Positions 12,484 through 28,200 of a stretch of 64,000 bases of DNA are shown here, piece after piece (position 1 is the first letter of the stretch; the number at the start of each line of letters is the position of its first letter). The translations under genes were made by a program, and so were the position numbers. The stretch covers positions 96,001-160,000 of the forward strand of contig CM000433.1 in assembly GCA_000165345.1 (NCBI GenBank), given 5' to 3'. The notes under the pieces were generated by a model, which did not search any database, was not told the origin of the DNA, and saw nothing but the letters and a program-made list of their open reading frames with translations.

Positions 12484-13320
12484 TTTCCCCACATGTGGCT
12501 TCACATGCACCGGTATAGGTAATATTGCAATGATGCATGTGGACAATTTTTAACAATGATGTAATAATTATTCAAAAAAAAAAATGTTAATTGATTTGAA
12601 GAATTTATTTATCATTTTTTAAGAAGGAACTTAAAAATTTAATAGAATGGCTATTTTGTGAAGATATTGCTATAATAATGCTTTTCAAATTTAAGAATAA
12701 AAGCTCGAACGAAGAATTGTTGTAAGAACAATATGTCTTGAAGATTTTTCTTTTAAAGAAAAAAGAAATAAAATTTCTATAAATGGAGAAAACTATGATT
12801 AATTGAATATTGAAACTTATATATCTATTTAAAAAAAAAAAAATTAGCTCTATACTCAAAATATGTGGCGCATATGCTTAAAAAATATGCATAGATAATG
12901 TGCATTATATAAAGATATGCATAATTTGTAAATATCCTATGCATTTTATGTGAGGAGAAAATATAATATTTATTAAATACAGTGAGGTACCAAATAATAA
13001 TTAAATACGAGGATAAATGATCTAAATATCTACGCACTTATTATTGGATCTCGTAAACGGGGAAAAATAAATAAATAAAATACATAAGAGGTTTGTTGAT
13101 AAAGTGAGTGAATGAAAGGAGGAATATTGAGGATTGGAAAGAAAGGAAATATTCACAATAGGAGAGATTTCAACAAATAAAGATTGTTGCGAAAATAACC
13201 ATAACTTTAATTCAAATAAAACAAAAAAAAAAAAAAATAGTTGCTAATCTATGTTTATATTAAAAAGCAGCTTTTATTGAAAGAGTTTGAATGAATCTTT
13301 GATTGAATGTTGAGATCAAA

Positions 13321-13450
13321 TAAATAAAATAACTGAAAATCAAAATTATAATTATATATATATTTATATATATATATATATATATAATTATATATACATA
13401 AATATTTATTTATATTTATATTTATATATATTTATATTTATCAATAAATG
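13321..13450. repeat. (TA)n / TTTATATTTATA simple-sequence microsatellite
   Basis: Direct reading: runs of atatatatat and tttatattta units in the promoter region. Confidence 0.8.
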
Positions 13451-13547
13451 ATTACTAAATTTAACAGGAAGCTTTGGTAAGCTATATTTCGCAATAAAAG
13501 GTTTTTTTTTAAAAGATAAGATTGGTTAAATTAGATTAGAGAGAGTA

Positions 13548-17846
<4,299 letters not shown>

Positions 17847-17888
17847 ATAAATACAAGTATAAATACTAAATATAAAGTATAACCATTT

Positions 17889-18906
17889 CTAGTTTTTATT
17901 AAACATTCTTTTATATTTATCAGTATTGGAATTCTTATATTTACTTTCCATTAAAACAATATCATTTCTTAGTTTAATAAAGGCTGATTTGTCATCAATT
18001 TGGTTGGATAAAACTTTATCAATAATTTCTATAGCTTTATTAAATTCATAAATATTTATATAAGCTTGTGAAAGTCTATATAATGCCTTTAAAGTTATAA
18101 ATAAGAATTTATTGGGAATTTATTTAAAAAGTAAATAATTATAAAATAAGGGTATAATGGAAAATATATTATAAGTTTATACTTACTTTAATATTATTAG
18201 GGTCATTTTTTAGTACATTATTACAATGAAGCATAGCCATATTAAATTCCTATATTTATAAACTTTTATTATATGAATATATGGAATAAATGAATAAATA
18301 AACTTACATTAATTTTTAGAAAGCATGCAGACAAATTGAGATTAATACGTGTAATAAGTTGGTTATATTCTTCCTCTAGATTCTTGTTTTCAGGAAAAGT
18401 ATAATCTACATAAATGAGTGCATTCTTGTACTCCAATATTGCTTCTTCAATTTTATTATCTTTGTATTTAATATTTCCTTCCTAAAAGTTAAAAAAGTTA
18501 TTATTATTATTGGTATTAAATATTGGCAAATTATATTATTAAATTTGTAAAAAAAAAGAAGAAATGAATAATAACTTCTAGAGAATGAATTTGGATAATC
18601 TTGTGATTTAGAATAAATGAAATAAGAAGATTTGTCATTATTTCTTTCTATTGATAATATTAATGGAAAGTGGGGAAGAAAGAGGAGAAAGAAAAAACAA
18701 AATAGATGGGAGGAAGAAACAAATCAACTTACATCACAAAATAGTCTGATAGCTTTTAGCTTATCAGTTGTAGATCTTTCATATAATTCTCTTTCTTTAC
18801 TTCTATCGTGGCTACATCCTTGATTTTTCTTTATTAAATCATTATATTTGTCATAATTATCTAAAATTTTCTGGCAAAACTCGTACTCACTCCTTGTTGT
18901 CTCCAT
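17889..18906 (-). CDS. TPR-repeat protein, 4 exons (about 202 aa): join(18733..18906,18308..18481,18187..18249,17889..18086) on minus
   Basis: ATG verified (cat at 18904-18906). Three introns, each with a GTAAGT donor and YAG acceptor, all preserving phase 0. Exon 2 carries a canonical TPR motif (EGNIKYKDNKIEEAILEYKNALIYVDY). Exons 3-4 continue the TPR pattern (AMLHCNNVLKNDPNNIK|ALYRLSQAYINIYEFNKAIEIIDKVL). The ORF track only shows exon 1. Confidence 0.6.
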
Positions 18907-18974
18907 TTATACTATTTGCAAAAAAAATATATAGTTATTGTGAGTTTTCTTAAAATATTACAGATTAACACGTA

Positions 18975-18983
18975 TGGCGGGAA
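18975..18983. promoter_or_regulatory. E2F-like TGGCGGGAA site upstream of TPR gene
   Basis: Read directly (acacgtatggcgggaacatgc), about 70 nt upstream of the TPR gene ATG on the transcribed side. Confidence 0.4.
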
Positions 18984-19133
18984 CATGCTTTTATAAAAAT
19001 AAATATTTTTCTTAGAAAAAAATATAAGAGAATAAAGTAAATCAAGCATTGGAAATACACATATCAATACTTTATTATGCTAGAAAATCTATAATTTTAG
19101 TAACTAACAACAAATTAGAATTGGAAGAAAACG

Positions 19134-19170
19134 ATGTATGTATGTATGTATGTATGTATATATATATATA
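19134..19170. repeat. (TGTA)n(TA)n microsatellite
   Basis: gtatgtatgtatgtatgtatgtatatatatatata read directly. Confidence 0.8.
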
Positions 19171-19515
19171 GAACAATACAAAAAGTTACAAGCTCGAAGT
19201 AGTAGTCAATCTTTCCCTGTACTATTCTTTTTCTCCCTCTATTTTTCTTTTTTTTTCTTTTTATAATATAAATCATATGTTTCCTGTATACAATTCAAGT
19301 TTGAAATTAAGCGAAAACATTACATACAAGTAGAGACATTACAAATTTCCTCTCACAATAATTATTTCACTATTTCTATTGATTTGATTTTCTTCATTTC
19401 TTATATCTAAATAAGGGTATGTTGAGTTGTAATGTGGGAAATTTATATTATAAAATAATATTAATCCAAGTTAAGATTAATACTAATTATAATATTTTAA
19501 TTGAAAGTAATTTAT

Positions 19516-20036
19516 TTATCCATACAATGGAGAAACCATACTTTCTAATTTGCCCTTACTTTCATTGTATTTAGTGACAAATTGTTCAGGAATTGCAAGT
19601 TCTTTCCAGTCACCTTCTTCTTCTCCTGGAAAGAGTAAATTCATTTCACTTGATTTACTGCTGTAAACCTCAACATTCTTTCCTTCTTTGGATGTGTAGA
19701 TATTAACTTTATTTGATTTATCAAGAGAAATAGTTGGAACAATGCCTGTCATTTGTAATTTAATATCATCACAATTAACAATTTCTATGGAAGAAATTAC
19801 ACCATTTACTAGAAAGATACATCCAACACAATTTTCAATAAAAATACTGTTGACTTTTTGTTCAACAATAATTCTGCTATTTTGAGAGCATCTAACTGAA
19901 ACCTTGTTTTTAATACTTCCTTCTGATAATGTAATAGGATCAGCGCAATTTACATGATTTTCTACAAGATATGTATCCTTTTGTAATTCCACCTTTGGAC
20001 TACCATTTGTAACTACTTGTCTTGCTGCTTTCATTT
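19516..20036 (-). CDS. CAP: adenylyl cyclase-associated protein, apicomplexan minimal C-terminal CARP-domain form (C-CAP, about 173 aa)
   Basis: Beta-helix CARP repeats: RIIVEQKVNSIFIENCVGCIFLVNGVISSIEIVNCDDIKLQMTGIVPTISLDKSNKVNIY. The track start at 20052 is a TTG codon (caa on the + strand). The first ATG is cat at 20034-20036, giving MKAARQVV.... This size is typical of apicomplexan CAPs, which lack the N-terminal domain. Confidence 0.75.
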
Positions 20037-20496
20037 TCTTTTCTTTTTTCAAATAAATTTGCGATTTTCAAAATAACTATTTTAAAGTAATTCAATTTAC
20101 ATATAAATATAAGTATATATATTAGTTAATATAATAATTTAGAAAATTATTATTTACTAATAATTTAAGAAATAATGAAATTATATAATTATATAATTTT
20201 TTCAATTATAGGTTTTTTTTTGCATGCATTTAGATATTAAATATTTTATTCATTTAATACTTTATGAATATCCAAGTGGATTTTTTTTTTTTTTTTATAA
20301 ATAATTAATAATTTTTGGATATTCTTATAATCCCTAACTATTTTAATAATTGTTTTCTGGTTTTTTAAATTTCTATTAAGAAAATAAAACTTTACGTATA
20401 ATTTCAAAATTTGATAGATCTTTCACTTTAATTCAATCCAATTGCATGTAATTCGAATCTGAGATTTTAATACTTTCAAATTTTATCAGATTTGGG

Positions 20497-20512
20497 TTTT
20501 TCCCGCCAAAAC
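20497..20512. promoter_or_regulatory. E2F consensus-like TTTTTCCCGCCAAAA upstream of CAP
   Basis: Read directly. TTTCCCGCC matches the classical E2F site TTTSSCGC. It lies about 460 nt upstream of the CAP ATG. Confidence 0.5.
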
Positions 20513-20789
20513 AAAATGATATTAATTATATTAAAATAAGAGAAGAATAAGTAGAATTAGAAATTAGGAATAGAGGTTTAGGAATAGAGAGAAGAAAATA
20601 AAGAATAAAAAATGAGGATACATTTAAAAAAAATGAGAAATAAAATGTAAAAAGAGTTAATAAGATATTGATAATTATTTTAACAAAAAAATTGACATTA
20701 AAAAATACATGTTACCGCCATACGTGTATTTATGAATTATATTAAATATGAAAGGGGGGGGGGAAATAGAGAACAAAAAAGAGTCAAAT

Positions 20790-21746
<957 letters not shown>

Positions 21747-22258
21747 TAAAATTTGTAAAATTACCGTATAGTTTACTATTTACCTTTATTATTATTAATT
21801 TAATCTTAAATAGTGTGTTTTTACTCCTTAAACACAAATATTTATATACATATATATTTATATATATATATATATATATAAATATATGTATATTGCTTTT
21901 ATTAATAATTTAATGTTAATTCATTTAATCCCAGAGATAACTAGTTATTTACTTTATCTTGTTAAAAATATGACCCAAAATATTTTTATAATATTACCAT
22001 GCAATTTATATTCACATATTTATCTTATATAAGCTAATCATTTATTAGAAAAGTATTGATAATATATAATAAATTATTACTTTTATATATGAACATAAAT
22101 TTCTATATCATATAGTATAGTATTCTATACAAATACAATAAACAATTTAATGAATAATTTTCATTCAATTTCATTACAAGTAATAATTCATAGTCTATTC
22201 TTCCATAAATCCTGTTAAAATTCAATTTTGAATTTATTGCACATTTACCGCCACTTTA

Positions 22259-22266
22259 TGGCGCCA
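22259..22266. promoter_or_regulatory. E2F-like TGGCGCCA in divergent promoter (RING gene / 3-exon gene)
   Basis: ccgccactttatggcgccacattcaagtgg read directly. A second CCGCCAC half-site lies 12 nt upstream. Confidence 0.5.
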
Positions 22267-22427
22267 CATTCAAGTGGTATTTTTTTTTTAATTTTATTAT
22301 AATACTAATAGCATTGAGTTTAATCGTAATTTTTAACAATTATATGTTATTGAAATATATGTAAAAATAATAAAGCACACACTTGCATTTACTTAAAGTT
22401 AAATAATAACTGGTTAGATTCAGAAGA

Positions 22428-23034
<607 letters not shown>

Positions 23035-23047
23035 ATATTTCTTAAAC

Positions 23048-24133
23048 TTATAATATTTCAAACACAAAATTTGAAATTTCATTTTGTGCCTTTTTTATAT
23101 GTTTTGAATTAGTTAATAAATGATTTCCATTATTAATTTTCAAAAGTCTTAAATATCTGTTGTTTTTATTACTAAAATTATTATTTAAATTTAATAAATT
23201 TAATGACATTTGAAAAGGTACCGATTGATCATCAGTACCATGTATTAATAATATTGGATAATTAACCACTTTTTCTTTATTTTCTAATAGAAAATTATAT
23301 GTTGGAAATATATTATATGACTCCAAATAATCTCTTGAAATTAATTTTAAATCATCTTTTATTTTATTTATATGATTAATTTTAACAATTGGTATTTTTG
23401 TATTAATTTTTGTATATCCTAATTCGTTAAATTCATTTAATTGTTCATTATTAAAATCTAATATATAACTTTCTGGAATATTATCTACACATGCAATACA
23501 TATTATACCAATTAAATTATTATTTGAAATAAAGTATTCATTTTCACATTTTATATCTTTTCTTGTATAATTAGTTGAATAAGAAAAGGTTAAAAATGCA
23601 CCTGTACTTATACCAATCATTATTAATTTTGAATTTTTAAATAATATATTAGAAAAACATTCTACTATTGTTTCAATATCATACATATCTTTTGTTAACG
23701 TTTTGTCATAAAATTCACCTCTTTGAGATAATTTACCAATTCCATTAGTATTAAATGATACAAATAAAAATTTATCAATTTGACTTTTTTCCTTGAGCTT
23801 ATTTATATGGTTTTCACTTAAACATATATCCCTCATCTTTCCACAAAATCTAGATAACTTAATATTTTCATCGATTAAATCTTTAATAATTTCCAATTTA
23901 TAAGCTTCAGAATGACATAAATAATTATCTATTAGTTGAAATTCAATAGTATTCTCATTATTATTATAATCTATTGAGTAATCTGGAAATCCATGATTAT
24001 ATATATATATCAAGACTTGATCATTTTGTAAGTCCTTATTATCCTGAGTTAAATACTTTGTTAATGAGAAATTACTTTCAACATAAGTGAATATTCCATT
24101 AATTCTTAATAAATTTTTAAAATTTTGAGACAT
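23048..24133 (-). CDS. alpha/beta-hydrolase fold serine hydrolase (esterase/lipase-like), about 361 aa
   Basis: HG oxyanion motif (IYNHGFPDYS). Nucleophile elbow GXSXG (GISTGAF). C-terminal LLIHGTDDQSVP acid/His region. The track start 24151 is TTG. The first ATG is cat at 24131-24133 (MSQNFKNLL). Confidence 0.65.
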   Translation of the reverse strand: MSQNFKNLLRINGIFTYVESNFSLTKYLTQDNKDLQNDQVLIYIYNHGFPDYSIDYNNNENTIEFQLIDNYLCHSEAYKLEIIKDLIDENIKLSRFCGKMRDICLSENHINKLKEKSQIDKFLFVSFNTNGIGKLSQRGEFYDKTLTKDMYDIETIVECFSNILFKNSKLIMIGISTGAFLTFSYSTNYTRKDIKCENEYFISNNNLIGIICIACVDNIPESYILDFNNEQLNEFNELGYTKINTKIPIVKINHINKIKDDLKLISRDYLESYNIFPTYNFLLENKEKVVNYPILLIHGTDDQSVPFQMSLNLLNLNNNFSNKNNRYLRLLKINNGNHLLTNSKHIKKAQNEISNFVFEIL

Positions 24134-24143
24134 ATCAAAATAT

Positions 24144-24820
24144 TTAATCAACTGAATTCAAGTCTATAGAATTTTCAATTTTCTCAAAAATTTTAAAAAC
24201 AGGAACTAACTTAATATCTTGACCAATTTTATTATTTTTATTATTATTGTTATTATTATTATCCAAATTAAATTTTGATTTATCTTTTTTTGCACTATTA
24301 ATAATAAAACTTAATTCACTTAAAGAACTTTCTGGAATATTTGGGTGATGATTTAAAAATCTTTCAACTTGTCTATATCTTTCTTCTCTAACTTGTTCAA
24401 TTAAATTACTAATTGCCTTTTTTTCTGATAGTAAATATTTATGTATTATATAATTTGAAGTACTTATAAAAAAATCCCCTAATTTCAATAATTTGTTTGA
24501 AATATCAAATTGGCTATATTCTAATCCCTGTAATGTTGTAACTTTATTATTCTTTTTTGATTGATTAATTTGACTATATTCTCTTCTTAATGCTGATAGT
24601 GATTCTCTATTAATATTCAAATTAATATCAAGTTCAATTAACTGAAAATAAAATGAATAGAATAAATATTTTATCATGTGAAATTATTTATTTCAAATTT
24701 TGATGTTATGGTTTTAAATATTTAACTCACCTGTTGATGTTGTTGTATTATTTTATCTGCTTCAAAAGTAAGTTTCTTTAAATCACTTATATATTTACTA
24801 TTATCGGAAAAGATCTCCAT
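24144..24820 (-). CDS. hypothetical coiled-coil protein, 2 exons (about 195 aa): join(24731..24820,24144..24641) on minus
   Basis: ATG is cat at 24818-24820 (MEIFSDNSKYISDLKKL...QQHQQ). GTGAGT donor, 89-nt intron, ttttcag acceptor in phase 0, continuing LIELDINLNINRESLSALRREYSQ.... The track ORF 24144..24677 starts inside the intron. Stop at 24144-24146 is only 10 nt from the ATG of the downstream hydrolase gene. Confidence 0.5.
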
Positions 24821-24993
24821 TATAAGACTAAAGGAGATTATTTAAGTAAAGTTATAATAATATAATTAATATTATTAATTTATAAATTATTATAATTATT
24901 ATTTTTTTTTTGACTAGTTTTCTTGCATTTATTATAATAAATATATTATAAACTTTTAACTATTTAANAAAGAAAATGTTTGTGGGGACTTTA

Positions 24994-25000
24994 GGCGCCA
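24994..25000. promoter_or_regulatory. E2F-like GGCGCCA in divergent promoter (coiled-coil gene / Rpn13)
   Basis: gactttaggcgccaattcg read directly. Confidence 0.45.
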
Positions 25001-25182
25001 ATTCGTTTTTTTTATTAATTTTCAATAAAAAAACGAATATGAATAGAAAACTTATCGGATACAGATCAAATTAGAAATAAAAATAATCTACTATATCATC
25101 AATATTTTTACTTTAATTATTATCTAATTCTTTCCTATACTAAATCCTTTTAATTATTGAGAGAAACTAAAAAAAAAAAGAA

Positions 25183-25905
25183 ATGCAAGAATCAATACAC
25201 GTAATTAAAGAATATAAAGTGGGTAAAATGACGTGGGATGGTAAAATTGTGAAAGCATGTACTGATAAAGGAAAATTACAATTTATTAAAGAATTGGATG
25301 GAAATACACATAAAATCAGATGGTATAATATAGATAAAGAAATTAATGAAGATGAAATAATAGTAGAAAATGAAATTAATTTTGATATAATTAAGGAAAG
25401 TAAGAGTAATAATGTTTTTGTATTAAAAAAAAACTCCAAGCCATTAAGTATTTACTGGATACAAGATAGCAAGTTAATTTTGGATGATCTTATAAATGAT
25501 TTGAATACTCAGATAAAGTTAATAACTAATAATTTAAATGAAACTATAAGGAGTGTACTTGAACAAATGAACAATAATAATAATAATAAAAGAAGAATCT
25601 CACTATCGGAAATATTAACAAGTGAAATTATTAATGAGCTTAAGCAAGACCAAGATTTAATTGAAGAACTTAAAGAGCATATGCCTTCAAATCAAAGAAA
25701 TCTTCAAGATATTAACTCAGTGATTAATTGTCCACAAGTTAAATATACTATGAGATTATTGGACGAATCAATATATTCTGAACAAATATTTACACTCTCA
25801 ACTGCTCTTGGATTAGATATCAATTTTGATTCATTAATCAATAAAAATCCAATGCAAGTTTTTATTAATGCTCTAAATAAAAAATATAATCCAGAAGAAA
25901 AATAA
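25183..25905 (+). CDS. RPN13: proteasomal ubiquitin receptor Rpn13/ADRM1 (PRU domain + DEUBAD), 240 aa
   Basis: ATG at 25183 verified. PRU-domain pattern: VGKMTWDGKIVKACTDKGKLQFIK...EDEIIVENEINF...NVFVLKKNSKPLSIYWIQ aligns with ADRM1 (AGKMSLKG..PDKRKGLVYIQ..EDDLIIFPDDCEF..RVYVLKFKAGSKRLFFWMQ). C-terminal helical DEUBAD-like segment (LSEILTSEIINELKQDQDLIEEL). Confidence 0.7.
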   Translation: MQESIHVIKEYKVGKMTWDGKIVKACTDKGKLQFIKELDGNTHKIRWYNIDKEINEDEIIVENEINFDIIKESKSNNVFVLKKNSKPLSIYWIQDSKLILDDLINDLNTQIKLITNNLNETIRSVLEQMNNNNNNKRRISLSEILTSEIINELKQDQDLIEELKEHMPSNQRNLQDINSVINCPQVKYTMRLLDESIYSEQIFTLSTALGLDINFDSLINKNPMQVFINALNKKYNPEEK

Positions 25906-25907
25906 AC

Positions 25908-26975
25908 CTATTTAAAAGGCTTTATTTTATTCTTTATATAATATTCTCTCAGTAAATTTGGCCTATCTGACATTATTCCATCCAATTCTAACTCTTTACA
26001 TATATTCATTTCTTTCTCATTATTACATACCCAAGCAAAACACCTTATTCCTCTTTTTTGTAAATGCCTTATTAATAACTTCCTACTAAATAACCAAACT
26101 AGAATATTTGGTACCAACTCATCTTCAATATATTTTAATTGATATTTACTCAATTTAAAATATTTTGAAATCTTATCTGCAAACTTTCTTCCATATGTTG
26201 AAAAGAATATATAACTCATTGGAAAAGATAATACATGTTCTTCTATATGAATCCAAGGTAAAAATCCTGTAAAATATGCTAGTAAGATCTTTAATAATTT
26301 ATCTTTACCAATACATATTACTAATTCTGGTTCATTTTTATTCTTATTATACTCATTTAAATAATCAATATTCTCATTCGAAAATGAACATAACATTGTT
26401 TTATTCTCTCTTTTAAATCTTCTAACTAATCCAACTGTTTTAGATACTGCTAGTCTACTATCAGGATTTTTAACATCCACGGAAATTAGTGTATCAGGAT
26501 ATCTTTGAAATAACTCTTCTAATGTTATTAACTTTTGTGATGAAAACTTTTTTGGATAACATTTCCATTCATTACGGTTGAGAAAATCTGAAGATGGTGT
26601 TAATGATTCTGAATCTTTTGTCATTGGAAGATCTGCATAATTAAATTCTCCAACTAATTTGTCAATGTTACAAATATTTAATAAGTTCTCATCATGCAAT
26701 ACTACTAGTAAATTATCTTTTGTTAGCCAAACATCTATTTCCAACATATCTGTACTACAATTATTTATTGCATGGTCAAATGCTACAGTTGTGTTTTCTG
26801 GAACTTCTTCGGATCCTCCTCTATGTGAAATATGTAAACAGCCTTTACCTTTACCTAGAACGCTGTTAGAGGATTTAAGCTTTGAATTACTTCCGTTTAT
26901 TGCTCTTAATATTTTTGGAAAATGCAAAAGTAAGTAATTTACTATAAGAATGATTACGAAAAGCTCTAAAACCAT
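25908..26975 (-). CDS. glycerophosphodiester phosphodiesterase (GDPD family) with N-terminal signal/TM, 355 aa
   Basis: ATG verified (cat at 26973-26975). N-terminal hydrophobic segment. GDPD catalytic signature HRGGSEEVPENTTVAFDHAINNCSTDMLEIDVWLTKDNLLVVLHDENL. Confidence 0.8.
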   Translation of the reverse strand: MVLELFVIILIVNYLLLHFPKILRAINGSNSKLKSSNSVLGKGKGCLHISHRGGSEEVPENTTVAFDHAINNCSTDMLEIDVWLTKDNLLVVLHDENLLNICNIDKLVGEFNYADLPMTKDSESLTPSSDFLNRNEWKCYPKKFSSQKLITLEELFQRYPDTLISVDVKNPDSRLAVSKTVGLVRRFKRENKTMLCSFSNENIDYLNEYNKNKNEPELVICIGKDKLLKILLAYFTGFLPWIHIEEHVLSFPMSYIFFSTYGRKFADKISKYFKLSKYQLKYIEDELVPNILVWLFSRKLLIRHLQKRGIRCFAWVCNNEKEMNICKELELDGIMSDRPNLLREYYIKNKIKPFK

Positions 26976-27367
26976 CTTTATCGTTTTATTATTGTTATTT
27001 CTATTTTTTTTTTTTTTGGCCCTTTATTTCCAAATTCAAACAAAATTCCAACTTCTATTTAAAATAATGGGTTTTATTGTATATTATTTTAATTATGTAA
27101 TTTGAATCGTTTAATATTTAATTTATTATTATTACTTTTTTCACCCTCGCTTTTTTTTTTTTCCTCTGACCCGCAAATAAAAAAAAATAAATAATTTAGT
27201 TACCGTCCACTTTGTAAAAAATGACGTTTAAAATGCACAATTTATTTTGGCGGTAATGATGAAATACAATAAATTATATTAAGAATTAGATATTATTTAT
27301 TAAATAAGTAGGGAGAAAGAATTACTTTGAAAGTATCTTAGAATCTCTATAATAAATAAATCACGAG

Positions 27368-28108
27368 ATGGAGTTTGAAATATCTTCAGAAAACATTAAT
27401 GATCATGTAAAGTGTCAAATAAAGAAGAAAACTAATGATAATAGGAAAAATAGAAATTTCAAAAGCAATCAAGATTATTTAAATAATATTGGGCTTGGAC
27501 CAACGCTTATCATTGATTGTGACTATGATGATAAACTTTCGGATCGAAATCTCAAAAGTTTGGTTGTACAACTTAGTATATCTTATTCTTGTATAAGAAA
27601 ATCTAAAATTCCTTTAAAAATGATTATATGTGGTGTTTCTCAAAGACTTAAACAAGGATTATATAAAACATTGGCAGAATCATGGCTTGGAGTTGAAATA
27701 TTAAGTGATAAAGTTAATAAAGTAGTTTCTGATAGATATTCTGATAAAAATTCAAACTATGAGATAATTTATTTATCAGCAGATTCAAATAATGTATTAA
27801 CTTCTAAGCAAGACCAAGATGAATATGGGAATTCATCAAATCAAGGATTTAACAACAAGCAAATATTTATTATAGGTGGAATAATTGACAGAAACAAATA
27901 TAAAAATATTAGTAAACTTAGAGCTGAGGAGTTTAATATTAAAACTGCCAAACTACCAATTATAGAATCTGGAATAACTTTATGCTCAAATCAAGTGCTT
28001 ACAGTTAATCATGTAATTGAATGTATTGTTAAATATAATGAGACTTGTAACTGGTATACAACTTTTGATTCAATTCTACCAAAAAGAAAAAAAGACAATA
28101 CTAATTAA
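27368..28108 (+). CDS. TRM10: tRNA (guanine9-N1)-methyltransferase TRM10 (SPOUT family), 246 aa
   Basis: ATG at 27368 verified. TRM10 motifs: LIIDCDYDDKLSDRNLKSLVVQLSISYSCIRKSKIPL and IFIIGGIIDRNKYKNISKLRAEEFNIKTAKLPI (IGGxVDR motif). Confidence 0.7.
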   Translation: MEFEISSENINDHVKCQIKKKTNDNRKNRNFKSNQDYLNNIGLGPTLIIDCDYDDKLSDRNLKSLVVQLSISYSCIRKSKIPLKMIICGVSQRLKQGLYKTLAESWLGVEILSDKVNKVVSDRYSDKNSNYEIIYLSADSNNVLTSKQDQDEYGNSSNQGFNNKQIFIIGGIIDRNKYKNISKLRAEEFNIKTAKLPIIESGITLCSNQVLTVNHVIECIVKYNETCNWYTTFDSILPKRKKDNTN

Positions 28109-28200
28109 TTATTATATTTTTAATGCATCTTGTACATATTGTGGTATAGATCTCAAATTCTAAAATTTAATTTAAGTTAATATAAATTTATAAAATTAAT

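Noticed and set aside
12605-13037. Minus-strand ORFs 12605..12859 and 12825..13037 (84 and 70 aa) in the Rad51 promoter spacer
   Set aside because: Ile/Phe/Tyr-rich translations typical of AT-rich non-coding DNA. They overlap each other, show no motif and lie inside a divergent promoter.
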